From positions 1 through 47,627 of the forward strand of contig JBDTOJ010000034.1 in the NCBI GenBank assembly GCA_039933295.1: DNA of 47,627 nt, given 5' to 3'. Below are positions 18,260-27,331 of this stretch, piece after piece. The DNA comes from Chloroflexota bacterium (GTDB lineage Bacteria; Chloroflexota; Limnocylindria; Limnocylindrales; CSP1-4). The translations under genes were made by a program, and so were the position numbers. The notes beneath the pieces are model-generated. The model saw only the letters and a list, made by a program, of their open reading frames with translations, was not told the DNA's origin and did no database searches. The number at the start of each line of letters is the position of its first letter. Within the stretch, counting starts at the first letter, position 1.

Positions 18260-18634
18260 TCAGTCGGTGGCCGAAACTCGACGGACCGACCCGCCGCTCC
18301 CGCTCCGCCGCTCGGCTACGCGCCGCCCGTTCGGGGCGCTTCTGCGTCGATCCGTGAGTGGACGTGTGAGCGTCGAGCGAGGGCGGTCCGGATGACGCTG
18401 GTGGCGCTCGGTCGGCGCGTGGCCCGGGTCGGGCTCCAACCCCTGCTCCTTGACCGGCAGCAGATTCAGAGCCGCGCGCTCGATCCAGACCGGTGACGGC
18501 TCGATGTAGACGCCGCGACGGTTGGCTTCAAACGCGCAAGCGGGACATAGCCAAACTCGGCGGACCTGGCGCCGAGTTCGAATGCCGAACAGGCGCACGG
18601 TGCCCCGTTGTCCACATTCCGCGCAGGCATCCAT
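18260..18634 (-). CDS. small protein with CxxC...CxxC zinc-finger and Arg-rich C-terminus
   Basis: MDACAEC...WLCPAC; SD AGGAG; clear promoter upstream. Confidence 0.7.
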   Translation of the reverse strand: MDACAECGQRGTVRLFGIRTRRQVRRVWLCPACAFEANRRGVYIEPSPVWIERAALNLLPVKEQGLEPDPGHAPTERHQRHPDRPRSTLTRPLTDRRRSAPNGRRVAERRSGSGGSVRRVSATD

Positions 18635-18682
18635 GCTGCACTCGCTCCTGATCGTTACGCGCTCGGGCTGGTGCGGGGACGC

Positions 18683-18711
18683 ACCGTATAGGCACGAACG
18701 CGCCGTGTCAA
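18683..18711 (-). promoter_or_regulatory. sigma70-type promoter of the zinc-finger gene
   Basis: TTGACA (18711-18706), 17-nt spacer, TACGGT (18688-18683). Confidence 0.65.
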
Positions 18712-18912
18712 CGGGCGAAATCGCGTAAACCGAGGCTCTCCGGGCCGCGTAACCGGGACGCCTGTCCCGACAACCGCCCTCGGTCAGTTGATCCCGAACG
18801 ATGCCGTGAGCGGGCGCCAGATCGATTCGAGAGCACCGAGGAAGGTCATTGGGGCGCATGATGCCGTCCCAGGTGGATCGAGTCCTTCCGGGCGGATTGA
18901 AGGAGCAACACG

Positions 18913-20703
18913 ATGGGCAATTCCGCGAGGTCGAGCGGGACTGATTCCGACTTGGGCGCTGTGACGCCGAGCGGCGACCAGAAGGCATCAGCGAGAGATC
19001 GTGCGTCCTCGTTTCTCGAGCGTGCGGGCGAACGGTTTCTCGCGGCCGCGACCAAGGCTGGCCGAGCCGCCTGGGTGCAGAACACATTCATCACCGACGA
19101 CACGGAAGCGATTGCGGCCGACGCATCGCGCGAACTCAGCGTCGCAGTCATGGATCTGGCTGCCGAGGCAGCCCAATTCAAGGAATTGGCCCTGCCTGAT
19201 GAAATTGCCCGCCAGGTAGAGCTGATCAAGCGGGCCGTGGAGCTGCCGGTGCCGAGTGCGCATGACGCGCAGGTGGAACTCACCCAAACGGTCGCAGCCC
19301 TCCAGGGGATGTATGGCAAGGGCTCCTATGACGGCAAGGATCTCGGCGAACTCGAGCGGACCATGGCCGAGAGCCGTGACCCCGATGAGCTTCTCGACGC
19401 CTGGCGAGGTTGGCGCACGGTTTCACCTCCAATGCGCCAGCCATACGCTCGTTTCGTGTCCTTGGCCAACGAAGGGGCGCGTGATCTCGGTTTCGCGGAC
19501 CTCGGGGCGATGTGGCGATCGGGTTACGACATGCCCGCCGACGAATTCATGCTGGACATGGACCGACTTTGGCTCCAAGTGAAGCCGCTGTACGACCTCC
19601 TGCACTCCTACACCCGAGCCGCGCTCGCGAAGGCGTATGGGCCGGAGGCCGTGCCACTGGGCGGGCCGATCCCGGCGCACCTTCTTGGCAACATGTGGAG
19701 TCAGAGTTGGGAGAACATCTTCCCGCTCGTCGCGCCGAAGGGGAGCCATTCGAGCGTCGACCTTACGGCGTTGCTGCGCGAGAAGGGCGTTGACGCGCTC
19801 GAGATGGTGCGCTACGGAGAGCGCTTCTTCACCTCGTTGGGCTTCGAGCCCCTGCCTGCGAGCTTCTGGGAACGCTCGATGTTCGTCAAACCCATGGACC
19901 GTGACGTGATCTGTCACGCGAGCGCATGGCACGTCGACCTCGATCAGGACGTGCGCCTCAAGATGTGCATCGAAATCACCGGTACGGACTTCATCACGAT
20001 CCACCACGAACTGGGGCACACCTTCTATCAGCGCGCCTATTCCTCCCAGCCGGTCCTCTTTCGCGACAGCGCCAACGACGGGTTCCACGAAGCGATCGGC
20101 GACGTCATTGCGCTCTCGGTGACGCCGAGCTATCTCGCCGGTGTCGGCCTCCTCCCTCAGGAACCATCCGGCGACGACGACGTTTTGTTGCTCCTGCACA
20201 AGGCACTCGAGAAGGTCGCCTTCCTCCCATTCGCCCTGCTGGTGGACAAGTGGCGCTGGCAAGTGTTCTGTGGCGAGACAGGGCCTGCCGACTACAACCG
20301 CGCCTGGTGGGACCTTGTGCATCGGTACCAGGGCGTAGGGCCGCCGATCGCGCGCACCGAGGCGGACTTCGATCCCGGCGCGAAGTTCCACATCCCCGGC
20401 AACATGCCCTATGCACGGTACTTCCTGGCGTTCATCCTCCAGTTCCAGATCCACCGCGCCTTCGCCCGCCAGGCCGGCTATGAAGGTCCTCTCCATCGCT
20501 ACTCGGTCTACGGCGACAAGGCGGCGGGCAAGAAGCTCGCAAACATGCTGGAGATGGGCTGCAGTCGACCGTGGCCCGAGGCACTGTTCGCCCTGACTGG
20601 CGAACGACAGCTCGATGCCGCGCCTCTACTGGAGTACTTCGCGCCGCTGGAGCGCTGGCTCCACGAGCAGAACGCCGGGCAAACCACCGGCTGGGAGACT
20701 TGA
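18913..20703 (+). CDS. M2 family metallopeptidase (peptidyl-dipeptidase A, ACE-like)
   Basis: HLLGNMWSQSW, CHASAW, HHELGH, HEAIGD, FDPGAKFH; SD AAGGAG. Confidence 0.95.
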   Translation: MGNSARSSGTDSDLGAVTPSGDQKASARDRASSFLERAGERFLAAATKAGRAAWVQNTFITDDTEAIAADASRELSVAVMDLAAEAAQFKELALPDEIARQVELIKRAVELPVPSAHDAQVELTQTVAALQGMYGKGSYDGKDLGELERTMAESRDPDELLDAWRGWRTVSPPMRQPYARFVSLANEGARDLGFADLGAMWRSGYDMPADEFMLDMDRLWLQVKPLYDLLHSYTRAALAKAYGPEAVPLGGPIPAHLLGNMWSQSWENIFPLVAPKGSHSSVDLTALLREKGVDALEMVRYGERFFTSLGFEPLPASFWERSMFVKPMDRDVICHASAWHVDLDQDVRLKMCIEITGTDFITIHHELGHTFYQRAYSSQPVLFRDSANDGFHEAIGDVIALSVTPSYLAGVGLLPQEPSGDDDVLLLLHKALEKVAFLPFALLVDKWRWQVFCGETGPADYNRAWWDLVHRYQGVGPPIARTEADFDPGAKFHIPGNMPYARYFLAFILQFQIHRAFARQAGYEGPLHRYSVYGDKAAGKKLANMLEMGCSRPWPEALFALTGERQLDAAPLLEYFAPLERWLHEQNAGQTTGWET

Positions 20704-20710
20704 CCGCAAG

Positions 20711-20740
20711 CCGGTCGCGCAGAAGGGCGCGATTTACCGG
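20711..20740. terminator. imperfect hairpin between convergent genes
   Basis: CCGGT-CGCGC...GCGCG-ATTT-ACCGG. Confidence 0.45.
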
Positions 20741-20741
20741 G

Positions 20742-22172
20742 CTAGGATGCCGCCTCGGCGCGCCCAGCCAGAGCCCGAATAAGGCCGCGGAAGATCAGCG
20801 CATGGACGGGGTAGAGCAGGTACCAGTAGGCGAGGCCGGGCAGGCCCTTCGGCTCGAACAGGGCGGTCTGGACGATGCGGCTGCCGCCGTCCGTGGCCTC
20901 GACCTCGTATTGCAGCCAGGCCCGGCCGGGAACCTTCATCTCTGCCCTGAGGCGAAGGACCGATGGCCTCCGGACCTCCTCAACGCGCCAGAAATCGACA
21001 GCGTCGCCGACCCGGAGCTGATCTGGATCTCGGCGCCCGAGGCGCATACCCACGCCCCCGACAAGACGATCCGCAAGTCCCCGCGCCCGCCACAGGCTGT
21101 CGGCGAAGAGCCAGCCGCCCTTACCGCCGAGTCGTTCGACGGCGGCAAATGCCTGCGCCGGCTTCGCCGACACTGCCATCTGTCGTCGTTCAACGATCAT
21201 TCCCTCCGACGAACTCAACACCTCGAGGCGGTTGCTGCCCCGGCGCCGGGCTGCGTCAAACCAGGTCGTTTCGACATCGTGGCGGTCGGTTCGGTCGATC
21301 GCCTCCTGAAGGGCTTCCGCGAACGGCTTTGGCGCAAGCCCGAACCGTGTTGCGGGCCCGGGATCCGTGACGATGACTTCGTTGCGCAAACCCTCGATCA
21401 GGGGCCGGGCGATGCCGGCCGGGACCGGCGAGACGAGGTTGACCCAGTACGAACTGAGGCGCGGGGTCAGGACCGGAACCGGGATCATCAGCCGCCGGAG
21501 GCCGCGCAGTCGCGCATAGGCTCGCATCATGTCGCCGTAGGACAGGACATCGGGACCGCCGATCTCGACGATGCCGGTCGTCTCGGGATGGTCAATTGCC
21601 CCGACGAGATAATCGAGGACGTCGCGAATACCGATCGGCTGGCAACGGGTGCCCACCCAGCGTGGCGTGATCATGATCGGCAGGCGCTCGGTCAGGTGAC
21701 GCAGGATCTCGAATGAGGCGCTGCCAGAACCGATGATCACCGCTGCCCGGAACTCTGTCACAGGCACCCCGTGGGCCGCCAGCTCGACGCCGGTCTCGTG
21801 GCGGCTGGCGAGGTGATGGGATAGGCCGGCCGTGTCCTCCCCGAGACCTCCGAGATAGACGATCCGTTGCACACCCGCTGCCTTCGCTGCCGTCGCGAAG
21901 TTCGCGGCCGCCAGCCGGTCCCGCTCCGCGAACCCCCGCTCGCCGTCGGTCATCGAGTGGGCGAGGTAGTACGTCAGCTCGACGCCCTCGAGGGCGGCCG
22001 GCAGCGTCGACGGATCGAGGAGGTCGGCCGCGACGGCGCGCGTTTCCGGAAACCGCGCGGCCAGCGGCCGGGCGTCGCGGCTCATCAGGACGAGGTCATG
22101 GCCTCCAGCGGCGAGGAGCGTGGCGAGCCTGCCCCCGATGTAGCCGCTCGCGCCGACGATGAGGATGCGCAT
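20742..22172 (-). CDS. atypical SDR (NAD(P)-binding) with C-terminal DUF2867 domain, YbjT-like
   Basis: GASGYIG, YYLAHSM, IIGSGSASFE, DFWRVE, RAEMKVPGRAWL. Confidence 0.92.
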   Translation of the reverse strand: MRILIVGASGYIGGRLATLLAAGGHDLVLMSRDARPLAARFPETRAVAADLLDPSTLPAALEGVELTYYLAHSMTDGERGFAERDRLAAANFATAAKAAGVQRIVYLGGLGEDTAGLSHHLASRHETGVELAAHGVPVTEFRAAVIIGSGSASFEILRHLTERLPIMITPRWVGTRCQPIGIRDVLDYLVGAIDHPETTGIVEIGGPDVLSYGDMMRAYARLRGLRRLMIPVPVLTPRLSSYWVNLVSPVPAGIARPLIEGLRNEVIVTDPGPATRFGLAPKPFAEALQEAIDRTDRHDVETTWFDAARRRGSNRLEVLSSSEGMIVERRQMAVSAKPAQAFAAVERLGGKGGWLFADSLWRARGLADRLVGGVGMRLGRRDPDQLRVGDAVDFWRVEEVRRPSVLRLRAEMKVPGRAWLQYEVEATDGGSRIVQTALFEPKGLPGLAYWYLLYPVHALIFRGLIRALAGRAEAAS

Positions 22173-22183
22173 GGTGGGGGCCG

Positions 22184-23272
22184 CTACGAGGCGATGACCA
22201 CCGGAACGTCGAGTGCGGCGCCGATCCTGGCCGGAGTCATGCCGCGGACTCGTTCTGCGAGGCCTGGCCGCGCGGCCTCGGGAGGCAGGACCACCACTGC
22301 TCCGTTAAATCGCCGTTTGGCCTCGAGGAGGCCGTCCAATCCGGCGTGGGTCGGAAACCACCCGCCGGCCGAGACGCCCGCGACCACCGCCGCCTCCAGA
22401 TATGTCGCCAAGGACCCTCGGCCCTCTCGACGGGCCAATGACTCATCGAATAGCCGGTCCGGTGCAGGGCGCCCGGCGTCGTCGCCACGGAGATCGTGAT
22501 ACGGGCTGGCGATCCCCTCGGCAGCGCGATCGATCGCGACAAGCTCGCGCCCTTCCCTGCGGGCAAGTGTGAGTGCGGTGATGAAGGCTGCGCGGTCCGT
22601 GCCCCTGCCCACAGTGACGAGCACGGCACCCGGTCCCGCGACGATCCCGATTTCGTCCGACGAAGTGTCACTGGCGTCGACGAGCGCGATCGCCTCGCCG
22701 GAAGGGCCTCTTGGGGCTGAGGGTGCCGGAGGTGCCGCGATCGGGACAATCGAATGGATCAGAAGATCCACGACGGCCGGGTCGTCCGAGACGAATCCGA
22801 CGAACCGCTTGCCCGGGCTGGCCGCGCCGCCCACGCCGAATGCCGTCGCGTCGCCGAGCTCATAGGACACGAAGGCGAGTTGCTCCGGACCGTCCGCCAC
22901 GAGAAACCACTGGTTCTCCAGGCGCTGGGTGTTTGACTTCAGGGCGCGATAGTCGACACCTTTGACGGCGGCTTCGGCGGCAATTGAACCGGCCGCCCAG
23001 GCGGTGACCGTTGTGCCAGCGTCCACGATGTCGCGGTAGCGCTCGTGTTCGACCTCGAACTTCGCGGCCGTCTGGAAACCGACGAGGAGCCGGTGCCCGC
23101 GCGCCGCGGCCTCGATTTCGCGGGTGGTCCGCAGCATGGCGCGTGGGTCATAGATGAACCGGGTGAGGTCGGGGGCGCGGCCGATAGCAACGGCCAAGCG
23201 CCGTCCGATCTCGAAGATCCCAGCATCGTCGGAACCCTCCGGATAGGTCCAGTCCATCAGATTCGAAGCCAT
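22184..23272 (-). CDS. DICT sensory domain protein with C-terminal universal-stress-protein-like domain
   Basis: FQTAAKF...RY...LENQWFLV...FVGFVSDDPAVV (DICT); VLVTVG...ALTLARREGRELVAID (USP-like); SD AAGGAG before ATG 23272. Confidence 0.75.
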   Translation of the reverse strand: MASNLMDWTYPEGSDDAGIFEIGRRLAVAIGRAPDLTRFIYDPRAMLRTTREIEAAARGHRLLVGFQTAAKFEVEHERYRDIVDAGTTVTAWAAGSIAAEAAVKGVDYRALKSNTQRLENQWFLVADGPEQLAFVSYELGDATAFGVGGAASPGKRFVGFVSDDPAVVDLLIHSIVPIAAPPAPSAPRGPSGEAIALVDASDTSSDEIGIVAGPGAVLVTVGRGTDRAAFITALTLARREGRELVAIDRAAEGIASPYHDLRGDDAGRPAPDRLFDESLARREGRGSLATYLEAAVVAGVSAGGWFPTHAGLDGLLEAKRRFNGAVVVLPPEAARPGLAERVRGMTPARIGAALDVPVVIAS

Positions 23273-23364
23273 CGGTGCTCCTTGGTTACGAGTCATGGAT
23301 CGTTTGCGCGGGCTGGATGTCGAGGCATCCCTGTGAGTTCAGACGGCCCGACGCAGGAGAATCG

Positions 23365-23411
23365 ATCATAGGCGCCCGGTCCCGATCACGTCCCGAGACC
23401 ACGGTCCCGAA
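23365..23411 (-). promoter_or_regulatory. -10 TATGAT plus upstream DosR/NarL-like box and GTCCCGA repeats
   Basis: ATCATA 23365-23370; CCCGAGACCACGGTCCCGAA 23392-23411; GTCCCGA at 23379, 23390, 23404. Confidence 0.5.
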
Positions 23412-23493
23412 TGACTGACGCCTGCCCGGTTGTGGACCGGTTCGAGACTCGCACGGGCGGCATTGGACGATTTGCGTGAGACTTCGCTGCGAG

Positions 23494-24756
23494 ATGACCC
23501 TTGACAGGCCGCGCGTGACTTCGCTCGCCCTCGGCCTGTTCGGTGTGGCAGTTGCCCTGCTGGCGCTTGGCTGCGAATCGTTCGCACCGTCAACCGCCGG
23601 TCCATTCACGTCATCATTGCCGGCACCGGCGTCGGGTCCGCCGTCGCTCGGCATCGACTGGGCGCGGGTGGCATCCGTCGATCGGCCGATCAACAACGAG
23701 GCAACCGTCGCACCAGATTACCCGGGGAATCACCCGATCCTGCGTATCCAGGGCCAGGCAACGATGAGCGACATCGTCGGCCTGTCGGGCGGCGGTTTCG
23801 TCGCGGTTGGGTACGCGCCGCCGGATTGGGTACCCGTCTCGTGGACATCCTCGAACGGGAGTGACTGGACGATCCACTCGATCGAGCCCAGCGCATTCAC
23901 GTTTCCGGTCTCATTGGCTGTCGGACCGACCGGCACCCTGTCGGCGGTCGGTCGATCGGGCCACATGCCGGTCGCCTGGACCAGCACCGACGGCGCGGTA
24001 TGGGACCGCCACTCTGTTCCCGTTCTGGGCGATGACGGCGTCGCTGAGCGCATGACGGCCGTCACGGCCGGGCCGCACGGCTTCGTGGCGGGAGGCTCGG
24101 TCGGCCCTGAGCTCTTCGAGCGCCGTGCCCGCTTCTGGAGCTCTGCCGACGGCGTCACGTGGACGCCAGTGCCGGATGATCCCATCGCGTTCACGAACGC
24201 CGAGGTCCGGGCGATCACGCCGTTCGAGGACGGCTTCGTGGCGGTCGGAATCGTCGGGACGGCGCAGGACCACACGGGCGCGGTGGCGTGGACCTCGCCG
24301 GATGGCGTGACGTGGACGCGGATCGACGATCCCGCATTCGATGGCGGCGAGGCCGTCGCGATTGTTCGAGCGCCCTTCGGAGGGCTGGTTGCCGTCGGCT
24401 CACAGGTCGATCGGCGCATGGCGCTGGCCTGGACGTCACCCGACGGCCGGACGTGGATCAGGGCGCCGGGCGAATCGTCGCGCCAGCACGAGGGCGGGTT
24501 CGCGTGGATGACCGACGTGGTCGCCATCGACGACATCGTGATTGGTGTCGGCACGGTCCAGGGGCTCCAGCGCGGCACGGCAATGTCCTGGGTGTCGCGG
24601 GACGGCGTCTCGTGGGAACGGTCGAACACCCACCCCGTCCAGGAGGGGGCCGAGTTCTACGCGATCGCGCCGGGCGGGCCAGGGGCGTTGGTCGTGGGCG
24701 CCTTCGGGGCACCCGACTCGTACGTTCCCGAGGTCTGGATCAGCCCCGGCCGTTGA
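23494..24756 (+). CDS. lipoprotein with repeated W-x-S-x-D-G-x-x-W (Asp-box/BNR) beta-propeller
   Basis: Lipobox ALGC; six Asp-box-like repeats. Confidence 0.85.
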   Translation: MTLDRPRVTSLALGLFGVAVALLALGCESFAPSTAGPFTSSLPAPASGPPSLGIDWARVASVDRPINNEATVAPDYPGNHPILRIQGQATMSDIVGLSGGGFVAVGYAPPDWVPVSWTSSNGSDWTIHSIEPSAFTFPVSLAVGPTGTLSAVGRSGHMPVAWTSTDGAVWDRHSVPVLGDDGVAERMTAVTAGPHGFVAGGSVGPELFERRARFWSSADGVTWTPVPDDPIAFTNAEVRAITPFEDGFVAVGIVGTAQDHTGAVAWTSPDGVTWTRIDDPAFDGGEAVAIVRAPFGGLVAVGSQVDRRMALAWTSPDGRTWIRAPGESSRQHEGGFAWMTDVVAIDDIVIGVGTVQGLQRGTAMSWVSRDGVSWERSNTHPVQEGAEFYAIAPGGPGALVVGAFGAPDSYVPEVWISPGR

Positions 24757-25053
24757 CCGAGGCGGCAGCACCGGTCACCGGGAGATGGCTGCCAGTCGAC
24801 GGAGGCCGGATCGGCGCTTCGGCGGACGGCCACCTAGCCAGTCGCGTCCGGCGACCGTGGCCGGTCCCTGGCCAAGGCCACTCCGGAATCGGATCTGACG
24901 AGCGATGAACTGTGCCCCGTCCTTTCTTTCGAGTGCCCCGCACTTCCGAGCCACGGCATGCCATCTGGCTCGAGCCAGCGGTTGATTCGATCACCGTGCG
25001 ACGTGCCAACACGTGCCGAGGCTCTTTGGGCCGCCATCGAGATCCCACCACCT

Positions 25054-25560
25054 TCATCGCAGCCTCAGACCGTGACGGGCGATCAGGTCGGGCACGTCGG
25101 TGCGGTCGAACGAGAGCCCGTACCGCTCTGCGATCGGTGCGGTCGTCTCGGGGTCGACGCGGTTCCCGGCCGCCGCGACGGCCGCCGCCAACTCGACGAA
25201 GTAGGCCTCGAAGCCGGCCGGCGTGATGATCTCGATCATCCGGGCGGACACATCGCCGGCGTTCCACATCGAGTGCAACTCACCGCGTGGCTTGACGATG
25301 TAGCCGCCCGCCTTGAGCGACACCTCTCGCCCATTGGAACGAAACCCAATCTCGCCGTCGACGACGTATGAGATCTCGTCCTCGCGCGTGTGGCGGTGAG
25401 GTGGCACGAGCACTCCCGGCGCGAAGACGTGCTCGACGATCGAGATCGAGCCGGTCTCGCCGGCGGTGAGCCTCGTGGTCGCGGTCAAACCGGGGACCAT
25501 CGGGTCGTCGGGCCCATGCGGCAGGACCACGGCGAGTCGAGCCGGTGACAAGGGGACCAT
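25054..25560 (-). CDS. cupin domain protein
   Basis: PPHRHTREDEISYV.DG...KPRGELHSMWN; SD AAGGAGG before ATG 25560. Confidence 0.9.
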   Translation of the reverse strand: MVPLSPARLAVVLPHGPDDPMVPGLTATTRLTAGETGSISIVEHVFAPGVLVPPHRHTREDEISYVVDGEIGFRSNGREVSLKAGGYIVKPRGELHSMWNAGDVSARMIEIITPAGFEAYFVELAAAVAAAGNRVDPETTAPIAERYGLSFDRTDVPDLIARHGLRLR

Positions 25561-25593
25561 GGGACCCTCCTTTCGGTTTCGTAATCCAGAGGT

Positions 25594-25611
25594 GTATCGT
25601 GATCGCGATGC
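25594..25611. promoter_or_regulatory. candidate TetR operator
   Basis: GTATCGTGATCGCGATGC, 14/18 palindrome between divergent cupin and TetR genes. Confidence 0.5.
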
Positions 25612-25636
25612 TCCCATGTTTCGGTCTGCCGCGTCA

Positions 25637-26254
25637 ATGAGTGAACGCAAACGTCTCACGCAAGTGAGGCGGCCCTACCGCCTCCGAGCGCGCGCCGAAG
25701 CCATGACCCGCACGACCGAGCGCATCGTGCAGGCGGCGGTTGATCTGCATGGGACGATCGGGCCGGCGGCCACGACGATGAGCGCCGTCGCCGACCGGGC
25801 GGGCGTTACGCGCGCGACGCTGTACCGCCACTTCCCGAACGAGGAAGTCCTCGTCGCTACGTGCAGCGCCGACTGGCTGGCCGCGAACCCGCGTCCGGAT
25901 ATGGCTGCCTGGACAGCCATCGTCGATCCGGTGGAGCGGCTCGCGATCGCCCTTACCGAACTCTACGGCTACTACCGCGCTACGCAGCAAATGCGGGCAA
26001 ATCTCCTCCGGGACATCAGCGTGCTCCCAGCGGCTATCCAGGCTGGTATCAGGGGTTTCCCGGTCGCGGTCGTCAGCGTCCTCGATGCTGACTGGCCGTC
26101 CTCGTCAGACTCGGGCATAGGGCGGGCGATCATCAGCCACGCTGTCGCCTTCGAGACCTGGCGGTCACTCGCGAACGGGGGACTGACCGACCGCGACATT
26201 GCGGCGCTGATGGTAGGGCTGGTGGAATCAGCCCAGTCCTATCGCGCGCCTTAG
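25637..26254 (+). CDS. TetR/AcrR family transcriptional regulator
   Basis: TTMSAVADRAGVTRATLYRHFP HTH; start ATG 25637. Confidence 0.92.
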   Translation: MSERKRLTQVRRPYRLRARAEAMTRTTERIVQAAVDLHGTIGPAATTMSAVADRAGVTRATLYRHFPNEEVLVATCSADWLAANPRPDMAAWTAIVDPVERLAIALTELYGYYRATQQMRANLLRDISVLPAAIQAGIRGFPVAVVSVLDADWPSSSDSGIGRAIISHAVAFETWRSLANGGLTDRDIAALMVGLVESAQSYRAP

Positions 26255-26269
26255 TTTCATGGACTTCTT

Positions 26270-26305
26270 GCTCAGATCGCTGGCCGCGCCCGGAGGGGTT
26301 CGAAC
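26270..26305. repeat. degenerate copy of tRNA-Arg 3' end plus flank (att-like direct repeat)
   Basis: 32/36 aligned positions identical to 27373-27407. Confidence 0.8.
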
Positions 26306-26479
26306 ACGCGCTGCCAACCTTCGTGATCGACCGTCTGGACCTGCTGGTGGAGGCATTCGGCGCGGCCTGATGGGCAGTCCAGAAGACGTTGAGACGACCC
26401 CAACGCGATAGGATCGCTTGGGTCGGGGGAGCAAGATGCGCTGACTGCACGCGACCTCCCGCAGCCAAGGGGGAAGGCA

Positions 26480-27331
26480 TTGATTCGAACTGTCGGTGTT
26501 CGTGCCATCGCGCTCACCTCTGCTGTTGTCATTATCCTTGCCGCCTGCTCGGCAGCGCCGTCGCCCGACCCGACTTCGATCAAGGGCAAGTTCGACGTCG
26601 GGGGCCGTTCGCTGTACGTAGAGTGCTCCGGCAGCGGGTCGCCGACCGTCGTCATGGATGCGGGCCTCGGCAATACCCATGACACCTGGCGCCTAGTGGC
26701 GCCGATGATCGCGAAGCACACGCGGACCTGCACCTACGATCGCGCCAATCTAGGTGCGAGCGATCCCGCCGCCAAGCCGCGGTCCAGTGCCGAGGTCATC
26801 GCGGACCTTGATGCTCTTCTCAAGGCAGCGGCCATCTCGGGCCCGTACGTCCTCGTCGGCCACTCTTTCGGCGGCCTGTCGATGCGATTGTTCGCAGCGG
26901 AACATCCGGCCGACGTCGTGGGGATCGTCCTCGTTGACCCGACCCCTGTGACTTTCGTCGATCGTGAATGCGCGATCGTCACGAAGGCGCTGTGCGACGC
27001 CCTCAGGAAGGGCTGGGAACCGAGCGCCAATCCGGAGGGGCTCGACTTCTTCAAGACCGTTGCCGAGGTCCTCGCCGCCGGGCCGCTACCGACGGTACCC
27101 CTCGTGGTCCTGGCGGCCACGAACCACCATCAGGCCGCGATAACCGATTCGGCAATCGAGCAGCAGATCGAGACGCTTTGGCGCGACGAGGAGACCAAGC
27201 TCGCCGCAAGCGTCGCCGGCGGCACCCTGACCGTCGTAACGAGTGGCCACGACATCGAGCTGTTGCACCCCGCCGCCGTTATCGACGCTCTGAACTCGGT
27301 CCTCGCCGCAGCGGGAGTTTCGCCGAGCTGA
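26480..27331 (+). CDS. alpha/beta hydrolase lipoprotein
   Basis: Lipobox ILAAC, YDRANLG, nucleophile elbow GHSFG, SGHDI; TTG start after a purine-rich SD. Confidence 0.9.
   Translation: MIRTVGVRAIALTSAVVIILAACSAAPSPDPTSIKGKFDVGGRSLYVECSGSGSPTVVMDAGLGNTHDTWRLVAPMIAKHTRTCTYDRANLGASDPAAKPRSSAEVIADLDALLKAAAISGPYVLVGHSFGGLSMRLFAAEHPADVVGIVLVDPTPVTFVDRECAIVTKALCDALRKGWEPSANPEGLDFFKTVAEVLAAGPLPTVPLVVLAATNHHQAAITDSAIEQQIETLWRDEETKLAASVAGGTLTVVTSGHDIELLHPAAVIDALNSVLAAAGVSPS

Noticed and set aside
23420-23460. tRNA-like GGTTCGAGAC stretch
   Set aside because: No T-stem closure, acceptor stem or anticodon arm
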